Part shown: one piece after another, positions 57,239-64,000 of the stretch | Position numbering within the stretch: position 1 is the first letter of the stretch | Layout: every line of letters starts with the position of its first letter | Origin: Eubacteriales bacterium | Lineage (GTDB): Bacteria; Bacillota; Clostridia; Oscillospirales; QAKW01 | NCBI GenBank assembly: GCA_045544255.1 | Contig: JAZPYP010000072.1 | Span: 41,764 to 105,763 of the forward strand | Direction: 5' to 3' | DNA: 64,000 bases | Translations under genes and position numbers: made by a program | The notes under the pieces: generated by a model | What the model saw: only the letters and a program-made list of their open reading frames with translations | What the model was told of the DNA's origin: nothing | The model's database searches: none

Positions 57239-57268
57239 TTTTGATATCATGATATCATGATATCAAAA
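57239..57268. repeat. 30-bp perfect palindrome, 3 TGATATCA octamers
   Basis: TTTTGATATCATGATATCATGATATCAAAA, identical to 47415..47444. Lies a few nt upstream of a TTTACA-17-TATAAT promoter-like element for the AraC gene (minus strand). Confidence 0.95.
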
Positions 57269-57271
57269 CAC

Positions 57272-57329
57272 ACGAAAAATAAGAGCCATAAGTTTGCCGG
57301 GTGCACCCTATAAGCTTATGGCTCTTATT
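57272..57329 (-). terminator. terminator of Na/Pi cotransporter gene
   Basis: 15-bp arms AATAAGAGCCATAAG/CTTATGGCTCTTATT, with a T-run on the minus strand. Confidence 0.7.
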
Positions 57330-57332
57330 GAT

Positions 57333-59078
57333 TTAAATTTTATATTCTGCTTTGAATTGCTCAAAGAGGCGGTTAAATTCATCGCCGCCACTTTTGACCT
57401 TTTGCAGATATTGATGGATCGCCATCTCTTTATGGGCCATCTCCAAAAGGCAGCCTGCAATATTGGAGCAATGGTCGCTCACCCGCTCCAGATTGGTAAG
57501 CAGATCGGTTAGAATAAAGCCAAGCTCGATGGTGCAATCGCCCTTTTGCAGCCGCTCGATATGGGAGGCTTTGATGGTATCCTTCAGATCATCAACCACC
57601 TGCTCCAACGGTTCCACTTGGGCGGCGGCCGCCAGATCGCGATTTACAAAAGCATTCAAAGAAAGATCCACAATTTTTTCCACTGCGCGGAGCATCACTC
57701 CGATCTCTTCCCTTGCCGAGCCGGAAAATTGCAGTTTTTTATCTTGGATCTCTTCTGCCGATTGAAGAATATTGACCGCATGGTCGGAAATACGCTCAAA
57801 ATCATTAATAAGATGCAAAAGTGTGGTGATCTCCATGCTATCTTCATCGGTCAGCTCTTGGGAGGAGACCTTCACAAGATATGAGCCCAGCCGATCCTCA
57901 TAGCGATCGGCCTTTTCCTCCCCTGCAACAACCCTTTGGGCAAGGGGCTCATGATATTGATCCAGCAGAGAAAAGGCATCATGAATGGTGGCGGCAGAGA
58001 TCTCTGCCATCTTTTCGGCCACAGCGCGGCACCGATCCACCGCGATCGCAGGGGTAGAGAGCAGGCGCTCATCCAGCATTTCATATTGCTCCTGCTCTTC
58101 ATGATCCCGCACGGTGATACAAGCGAGTTTTTCCAAAAGGCCTGCAAAGGGCAGCCAAAGAAGGGTGCAGATCAGGTTAAAGGCGGTATGGACCACTGCG
58201 ATCCAGAATTCATCGATCATCATGGTATCCAGAAATCCAAGGCCGAGCGCGGCTTTGGCAATGGAAAAGAGGGCGAGCAAAACAACGGTGCCGATCACAT
58301 TGAAATAAAGATGAACAAAAGCGGTGCGCTTTGCATTTTTATTGGCGCCGATGCAAGAGAGCAGCGCGGTGGCGCAGGTGCCGATATTCTGGCCCATGAT
58401 GATGGGCACCGCCGCGCCGAAAGAGATGGCGCCGGTGGAGGATAAGGCCTGCAGGATACCTACCGATGCAGAAGAGGATTGGATAATAGCGGTGAGCACA
58501 GCGCCTGCCAGAACGCCCAAGATCGGATTGGTAAAAAGAGTAAGAATATTGGCAAAAGCCGGCACATCTTTAAGCCCTTCTACCGCGCCGGACATGGCTT
58601 CCATTCCGGTCATCAAAGTGGCAAAGCCCAAAAGGATAACGCCGGTATCCTTCTTTTTATTGCTTTTTAAAAATACAAAGAAGATCACACCGATCATCGC
58701 AAGGATCGGCACAAAAGAGCTTGGTTTAAAAATTTGAATATACCAGGCATCGCCCGAAACCCCTATCAGGCTCAGGATCCAAGCGGTAATGGTGGTGCCG
58801 ATATTGGAGCCCATAATGATAAAGATGGCTTGGCGAAGCTTCATGATGCCGGAATTAACAAATCCAACCACCATAACTGTTGTGGCAGAAGAGGATTGAA
58901 TAACGCAGGTAACCAAAAGCCCCAGCAGAAAGCCGGTAAGGGGGCGCTCGGTCATCTTCTCCAAAATGGTTTTCAGGCCGCCGCCTGCCTTTTTCTCTAA
59001 AGCATTGCCCATCAGCTGCATGCCGAAAAGAAAGAGGGCAAGGCCGCCGAGAAGGGATAAAATATCAAAAAAATTCAT
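57333..59078 (-). CDS. Na+/phosphate cotransporter family protein with PhoU-like C-terminal domains
   Basis: 581 aa. N-terminal NptA-type membrane repeats (QSSSATT, QSSSASV) and C-terminal PhoU-like helices. Confidence 0.8.
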   Translation of the reverse strand: MNFFDILSLLGGLALFLFGMQLMGNALEKKAGGGLKTILEKMTERPLTGFLLGLLVTCVIQSSSATTVMVVGFVNSGIMKLRQAIFIIMGSNIGTTITAWILSLIGVSGDAWYIQIFKPSSFVPILAMIGVIFFVFLKSNKKKDTGVILLGFATLMTGMEAMSGAVEGLKDVPAFANILTLFTNPILGVLAGAVLTAIIQSSSASVGILQALSSTGAISFGAAVPIIMGQNIGTCATALLSCIGANKNAKRTAFVHLYFNVIGTVVLLALFSIAKAALGLGFLDTMMIDEFWIAVVHTAFNLICTLLWLPFAGLLEKLACITVRDHEEQEQYEMLDERLLSTPAIAVDRCRAVAEKMAEISAATIHDAFSLLDQYHEPLAQRVVAGEEKADRYEDRLGSYLVKVSSQELTDEDSMEITTLLHLINDFERISDHAVNILQSAEEIQDKKLQFSGSAREEIGVMLRAVEKIVDLSLNAFVNRDLAAAAQVEPLEQVVDDLKDTIKASHIERLQKGDCTIELGFILTDLLTNLERVSDHCSNIAGCLLEMAHKEMAIHQYLQKVKSGGDEFNRLFEQFKAEYKI

Positions 59079-59183
59079 GTGATTTACCTCGCTATTTTAA
59101 CAGATCCCTATTAGTTTTAAAAAAATGATCTTCTTTTATCCCTACAGAAGAAAGGTTTTCGGCGGGATATGAGGCCTTCCCTA

Positions 59184-60875
59184 TTATTTTTTCTGGGTTC
59201 CGGGAAAGATCATGACCTGCGCGCCGGCGGCCGCGGAAAGGGGCGCGGTGGCGCGGATCTTGATCTGATAGCTTCCCTCTTGCATCTCATCAAGATGAAG
59301 CTTTACAGAAGAGAGCTTTTCAACCTCTCCCTTGCAAACCGATTGAAAATCGGTGCCGTCAAAGCAGAGCAGTTCATATTCCCCTGCCCCTTCCATCAGG
59401 AAGCGCACATAATTGAAGGGATAGATTCCGCCGAAATGCACAGTCATTTCCTTTAGATCCTCCGAAAGGGAGACCTTTGCGGCGGAAAGCTCCGCCAAAT
59501 TCATGCCGATCATGGAAAGAGGGGCTTCCTCTTCGGCATCCTCGAAATAATGAAGGCCGAGGGAGCGCAACGCGGGCTCGGCCTGCCCTTCAAGGGTGAG
59601 CCGCAGGCGGCGGTAGGCTTTTTCGGGCAGTTTGCAGGCGCGAAGGTGCCCCACCGAGCTGCCCTCAAAAAGGAGCAGATCGCCCTCATCGGTGATCTCT
59701 TCCAAGCGGAAAGCGCTGATCCGCTCCCCCAGCTCGATCACTTCTTGAAGAAGGAGGGTATTGCAGCGCTGCTCTTTGGGAAGAGCCAGCTCCAGAACTG
59801 CCTTTTTGGCGCCCTTTTCGGGAGCATAGAAAAGGCGATCATCGGCAAGAAGCGCTTTATCGGGGGAGCAGGCGGGGCAAAGGCAGGAATCAGCGGAAAT
59901 CTTTGCATCGGAAGCATAATTGACCGCCAGCATCCTTTGAATGCGGCGATGGGATTCCATGGCGTTGGCAAGATCCTTTTCATGGAGCAGGCCTCTTTGG
60001 TCCGGCGGGAAATTCAGCAAAAGCTGGGAATTGCGCCCCACCGATTCAAACCAAATTTGATTGAGCTTGCAAACAGATTTTACCTGCTCATCCTGCTCCT
60101 TGCGATAAAACCAGCCCGGCCGAATGGAAACATCGGTTTCGGAAGGGATATAATGGGCCGCTCCCTGCCGGCCGGTATAAAGGCGGCGGGTATCTTCTGC
60201 CTCCAACGCTTCCAGATCAATGGAGGCATAGTGATTTTCGCTGCAACGCCCCTGCTCATTTCCCACCCAATGGAGGTCCACATAGGGGGAAGCGCCCAAA
60301 GAGCCGAAAATAGCCGCATTGGGCTGCAAGGAGCGAATTAATTTGGCCCAGCGGGCCCAATCATAGGTGGTTTCGGTGCTGCCTGCTCCATCCCACCAAA
60401 TCTCATAGATCTCTCCATAGTTGGTGAGCAGCTCGGTGAGCTGGGCGGCATAATAATCATTATAGCGATCATCGCCCCAATAGGGGGAATTGCGATCCCA
60501 TGGGGAAAGGTAAAGGCCTGCCCTAACACCGTATTCCCTGCAGGCATCGGTAAATTCTTTCACCACATCGCCCCCATAAGGGCTATTCTTAACCGAATGT
60601 TCGCTCACTTTAGTGGGCCAAAGGCAAAAGCCATCATGATGCTTGGCGGTAAGAATAATCAGCTCAAATCCGCAAGCCTTCAGGGAGCGCACCCATTGGC
60701 GGGCATCTAAAGCGGAAGGGTTGAAGTTTTTGGGTTCTTCCGAGCCATTGCCCCATTCGCAGTTGGTAAAGGTATTCATACCAAAATGAATAAAGGCTTT
60801 TTTGGCAAAGCCAAAGTGCATCAGTTGGCGCTCATTAGGGGTGGCGCCAAAGGGAGCAAGTCCATGAAAGTTCAT
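59184..60875 (-). CDS. GH29 alpha-L-fucosidase
   Basis: ATG at 60875 after an AAGGAGGAG SD. GH29 pattern HFGMNTF...AKHHDGFCLWPT...WWDG. C-terminal beta-sandwich. No signal peptide. Confidence 0.8.
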   Translation of the reverse strand: MNFHGLAPFGATPNERQLMHFGFAKKAFIHFGMNTFTNCEWGNGSEEPKNFNPSALDARQWVRSLKACGFELIILTAKHHDGFCLWPTKVSEHSVKNSPYGGDVVKEFTDACREYGVRAGLYLSPWDRNSPYWGDDRYNDYYAAQLTELLTNYGEIYEIWWDGAGSTETTYDWARWAKLIRSLQPNAAIFGSLGASPYVDLHWVGNEQGRCSENHYASIDLEALEAEDTRRLYTGRQGAAHYIPSETDVSIRPGWFYRKEQDEQVKSVCKLNQIWFESVGRNSQLLLNFPPDQRGLLHEKDLANAMESHRRIQRMLAVNYASDAKISADSCLCPACSPDKALLADDRLFYAPEKGAKKAVLELALPKEQRCNTLLLQEVIELGERISAFRLEEITDEGDLLLFEGSSVGHLRACKLPEKAYRRLRLTLEGQAEPALRSLGLHYFEDAEEEAPLSMIGMNLAELSAAKVSLSEDLKEMTVHFGGIYPFNYVRFLMEGAGEYELLCFDGTDFQSVCKGEVEKLSSVKLHLDEMQEGSYQIKIRATAPLSAAAGAQVMIFPGTQKK

Positions 60876-60902
60876 ATTTTTCTCCTCCTTAAAAGGGCGA
60901 AT

Positions 60903-60941
60903 AAAAAAGCGGAGCAACCGATCGGCTGCTCCGCTTTTTTA
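60903..60941. terminator. bidirectional terminator (fucosidase / rny)
   Basis: AAAAAAGCGGAGCA-loop-TGCTCCGCTTTTTT. It lies immediately downstream of rny (stop at 60946). It sits upstream of the revised fucosidase start (60875), inside the ORF-track N-terminal extension (to 60917), so for that gene it is upstream, not a terminator. Confidence 0.8.
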
Positions 60942-60945
60942 TTGA

Positions 60946-62499
60946 TTATTTGGCAAAATCGATGGCGCGGCTCTCGCGAATCAGATGAACTTTGATTTGG
61001 CCGGGATATTCCAGCTCGGATTCAATTTTCTTCACAATGTCATGAGAAAGAACAGTCAGCTTATCATCGGAAATCTTTTCGGGATTTACCATGATGCGGA
61101 TCTCGCGACCGGCCTGAATAGCGAAGGTTTTCTCCACTCCGGGGAAGGAATTGGCGATCTCTTCCAGCTTCTCCAAGCGCTTGATATAGTTCTCCAGATT
61201 CTCTCTGCGAGCGCCGGGGCGGGCGGCAGAGATGGCATCGGCAGCCTGCACGATCGCATCATAAACGGTGATGGTTTCCACATCTCCATGATGAGCGGCA
61301 ATGGCATGCACGATCTTTTCGTTCTCTTTATATTTCTTGGCAATATCCACACCGATCTGGATATGGGAGCCTTCCATCTCGAAATCAACACTCTTGCCGA
61401 TATCATGCAAAAGGCCGGCTCTCTTGGCCATGGTAACATCTGCGCCGAGCTCTGCGGCAAGCAGGCCGGAAAGCTGGGAAACTTCGATAGAATGGAGCAA
61501 TACATTTTGCCCATAGCTGGTGCGGTATTTTTGCCGCCCGAGAAGCTTCACCAAATCGGGATGCAACCCATGCACACCGGTTTCGAAGGTGGCGCGCTCG
61601 CCTTCCTTCTTCATGGAGATCTCCAGATCGCGGCGCACCTTTTCCACTGTTTCCTCAATGCGGGCGGGATGGATGCGGCCATCGGAGATCAGCTTCTCCA
61701 GAGTCTGCCGCGCAACCTCGCGGCGAATGGGATCAAAGCTGGAGAGGGTGATGGCCTCAGGAGTATCATCAATAATGAGATCCACTCCGGTGATGGTTTC
61801 AAGGGCGCGGATATTGCGGCCCTCGCGGCCGATGATGCGGCCCTTCATTTCATCGCTGGGCAATGCCACAACCGAAACAGTGGATTCCACCACATGATCG
61901 GCGGCGCATTTTTGAATGGCAAGGGAGAGGAGCATTCTGCTCTTCTCATCAAGGTTTTCCTTAAAGCGATCTTCATATTCGGTGATCCGATGGGCATATT
62001 CATGCTCCAGCTCGGAATCCATCATATGCAAAAGCTCGGCTTTGGCGGCCTCGGCGGTATAGCCGGAGATCCGCTCTAAAACAGCGATCTGAGATTGCTT
62101 AACAGTTTCAACCTCTTCTTGCAAAAGCTCAACCTTGCGGGTTTTTTCAGCAAGGGCTTCTTCCTTGCGGTCGATATTATCATACTTTTTATCGAGAATT
62201 TCTTCTCTTTGCTGCAATCGTTTTTCTTGCCGCGATACCTCATTTCGACGCTCTTTCAGGTCTTTCTCCTGCTCGGTACGCTCCTTATGAAGCTCTTCTC
62301 TTGCTTCCAGAAGCATTTCTTTTTTCTTCGTATCAGCAGTTCTGACCGCGTCGTTAATGATGCGCTTTGCCTCTTCCTTAGCAGAACCGATCTGCTTTTC
62401 GCCGACTTTTTTGCGATATAAAAAGCCGAAAATAAAGGCAATAAACCCAACCAGAATCGCAACAACTCCAACGATGAGCGCAACAAGCCATGTTTCCAT
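60946..62499 (-). CDS. rny: ribonuclease Y
   Basis: 517 aa with an N-terminal TM helix, coiled coil, KH domain and HD domain (LLHDIGK). Confidence 0.95.
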   Translation of the reverse strand: METWLVALIVGVVAILVGFIAFIFGFLYRKKVGEKQIGSAKEEAKRIINDAVRTADTKKKEMLLEAREELHKERTEQEKDLKERRNEVSRQEKRLQQREEILDKKYDNIDRKEEALAEKTRKVELLQEEVETVKQSQIAVLERISGYTAEAAKAELLHMMDSELEHEYAHRITEYEDRFKENLDEKSRMLLSLAIQKCAADHVVESTVSVVALPSDEMKGRIIGREGRNIRALETITGVDLIIDDTPEAITLSSFDPIRREVARQTLEKLISDGRIHPARIEETVEKVRRDLEISMKKEGERATFETGVHGLHPDLVKLLGRQKYRTSYGQNVLLHSIEVSQLSGLLAAELGADVTMAKRAGLLHDIGKSVDFEMEGSHIQIGVDIAKKYKENEKIVHAIAAHHGDVETITVYDAIVQAADAISAARPGARRENLENYIKRLEKLEEIANSFPGVEKTFAIQAGREIRIMVNPEKISDDKLTVLSHDIVKKIESELEYPGQIKVHLIRESRAIDFAK

Positions 62500-62609
62500 T
62501 TTTCGTGCCTCCTTATGAAATTGTTGATCATTTTAAAATATATCAGAAGATTTTCTGCAAAATATCTTGCCTTATATTTTGTTGAAAATATACTAATACA
62601 CCAAAATAA

Positions 62610-62638
62610 ATTATAGGCGTTTTCTGTCAATCTGTCAA
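62610..62638 (-). promoter_or_regulatory. rny promoter
   Basis: Minus strand reads TTGACA - 17 nt - TATAAT. A second TTGACA lies in the tandem TCTGTCAA TCTGTCAA. Confidence 0.6.
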
Positions 62639-62651
62639 GTGAAAAAACATA

Positions 62652-62680
62652 TTGAAATAAAATTATTATAATGATATAAT
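62652..62680 (+). promoter_or_regulatory. uppP promoter
   Basis: TTGAAA - 17 nt - TATAAT. Confidence 0.55.
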
Positions 62681-62719
62681 AGTATTTATTATGGATACAT
62701 ATGCTCCGGAGGCAGAAAT

Positions 62720-63538
62720 ATGGACTACATATATGGATTAATAGAAGGTCTTTTGAAGGGCCTTGGGGAGTTTCTTCCCCTCTCCTCTTCCGGCCATCGA
62801 TTAATTTTAAAAAATTGGATCACCCTTCCGGCCCAAGGCTCCTTGGCCCTTTTTGCCGAGATCGGCGCCCTGCTGGCGGCGCTCCTTTTATGCCGCAAAA
62901 CTTTGGCGGGCATGATCAAGGGGATCGGCGACGCGGCGGAAAAAGCAAAAAAAGGAAGATTTCGCCGCAAGAAGGCGCCCAAAGAGCTGATGCTTCTTGG
63001 TTTTCTTCTTTTGGCTTCCCTTCCCCCTGCGGCGGCTGCCGTTATCAGGCATTTTCATGATTTTACCGCTTCCATCAGCGCAAGCCTTCTTTGGGCGGGA
63101 ATCGGATTTTTGCTGAACGGAGGGCTTCTCTTTATTGGCAGCCATAGCCTCTGCCGCAAATGGGAGGTTATGGATATGAAGGGCGGCCATGCTCTGAAGC
63201 TTGGCCTTTTCCGCGCTGTTGCGGGAATGGTGCCGGGGCTCTCCCCCTTTGGCGCTACCGCCGCCATGGCCATGAATATGGGCTTTGAGCCCACCTTTGC
63301 GGCAGAGTTTTCCATTTTGATGGCGATCCCCTCTTTGCTGGGCTCCATTCTTTGGAGGATCGGCAGCGTGGGCAGCATCTTTTGGGGCCCTGCCCTGATC
63401 AGCCTGATTTCTGCGGCGGTTGCAGGGGCTCTCGCGACCTTTTTGGTGCGAATTTTGGTAAAAAAAGAAAAATTCGGGCTTTTTATGTTCTATTCCCTTG
63501 CGGCAGGGATCGCCGCCTTCATCTTAAATGCAATCTGA
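62720..63538 (+). CDS. uppP: undecaprenyl-diphosphate phosphatase
   Basis: GEFLPLSSSGH signature. 272 aa polytopic protein. Confidence 0.9.
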   Translation: MDYIYGLIEGLLKGLGEFLPLSSSGHRLILKNWITLPAQGSLALFAEIGALLAALLLCRKTLAGMIKGIGDAAEKAKKGRFRRKKAPKELMLLGFLLLASLPPAAAAVIRHFHDFTASISASLLWAGIGFLLNGGLLFIGSHSLCRKWEVMDMKGGHALKLGLFRAVAGMVPGLSPFGATAAMAMNMGFEPTFAAEFSILMAIPSLLGSILWRIGSVGSIFWGPALISLISAAVAGALATFLVRILVKKEKFGLFMFYSLAAGIAAFILNAI

Positions 63539-63567
63539 ATTAAACTATAGGAAAAGGAGGGGTTCTC

Positions 63568-64000
63568 TTGCCCCGTAAATCGAAAAAGCAATTAGCAGAA
63601 GAGAAAAAAGCAAAGGCCATGCAGCAAAAGGCGGCCACCCATCGCAGCATTATGGCAGTGGTCTTCTTTGCTTTCGCTCTTCTTTTGGCTGTATATATCT
63701 ATCTGCCGGTGGAAGTGCCTTTAAAGAATTTTCTGGTAGACCATTTTCTCTATGGTCTTTTTGGGTTTGCCTCCTTCCTGCTGCCCCTCTTTTTGGGTTG
63801 GCTCGGAGTGGATGCCTTGAAAGAGAAAAAGACCTTCTCCACCAATGCAAAGATCTGGATGGGCTTGGTGCTGGGCATTGTGGTCTCCGCCTTTGGCTAT
63901 CTCTTTTTCTATCCCGGCGATTATTCCTTCAGCGGCTTCTTTACTGAAGGCCTTGCCGATTTCTGGCAGATGGGCATGGAGCTAAAGGGCGGCCTTTTGG
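63568..64000 (+). CDS. ftsK: DNA translocase FtsK/SpoIIIE, N-terminal membrane part (truncated by window end)
   Basis: Not in the ORF track. TTG at 63568 after an AAAAGGAGGGG SD. My translation shows a basic N-terminus followed by TM helices with LFGFASFLLPLFLGWLG, typical of the FtsK N-terminal domain. Frame open to the window end. Confidence 0.6.
   Translation, partial: MPRKSKKQLAEEKKAKAMQQKAATHRSIMAVVFFAFALLLAVYIYLPVEVPLKNFLVDHFLYGLFGFASFLLPLFLGWLGVDALKEKKTFSTNAKIWMGLVLGIVVSAFGYLFFYPGDYSFSGFFTEGLADFWQMGMELKGGLL

Noticed and set aside
60985-62079. 364-aa ORF antisense to rny
   Set aside because: A shadow frame opposite RNase Y (KH and HD motifs).
1-64000. Mobile elements, prophage, rRNA/tRNA genes
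   Set aside because: No transposase, integrase, recombinase or phage structural ORF was seen, and no tRNA-like T-arm (GGTTCGAATCC-type) or rRNA sequence. The accessory segments appear as naked insertions without visible mobility genes.

Overview
The window is the chromosomal replication-origin neighbourhood of a ~50% GC Firmicutes/Clostridia-type genome. On the minus strand, gyrA-gyrB-DUF370(remB-like)-recF-yaaA-dnaN-dnaA span 34.3-43.0 kb. A putative oriC/AT-rich unwinding region lies at ~43.05-43.2 kb. On the plus strand come glyQS, rpmH-rnpA-yidD-yidC-jag and mnmE-mnmG-rsmG. Other housekeeping genes are recA-recX-rimO-pgsA, GTP-type pck, rsmA, prmC, rny, uppP, the 5' part of ftsK, pepD and a dfx-ZIP-ferritin cluster.

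Accessory material is interleaved with this core. It includes signal-peptide-less glycan-degrading genes (GH3, GH38, GH20, GH29, DUF4838-nagA-nagB, an ADP-ribosylglycohydrolase) beside AraC regulators. It also includes an APH(3')-like kinase, a cobalamin-riboswitch-controlled DUF4430/ECF-S pair and an SLH surface protein. I saw no rRNA, tRNA, cas genes, transposase or integrase.

Four non-genic structures are the most unusual signals:
1. Two same-orientation arrays (8 and 15 copies) of a 41-bp hairpin-bearing unit. Each sits between a terminator and the next promoter, and together they bracket recA-recX-rimO-pgsA.
2. Tandem arrays of the palindromic octamer TGATATCA at five intergenic sites. 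Two of these are identical 30-bp perfect palindromes 9.8 kb apart. One is positioned as the operator of a small ribbon-helix-helix (RHH) gene driven by a consensus promoter, an architecture that recalls MetJ metboxes.
3. A rearrangement scar at 8.46-8.8 kb, made of a relic of the pepD 3' end, 7 TTCACTA heptads and a truncated AraC gene.
4. Four ~43-bp AT-rich palindromic repeats upstream of mnmG.

All functional readings of these repeats are inference from sequence alone.
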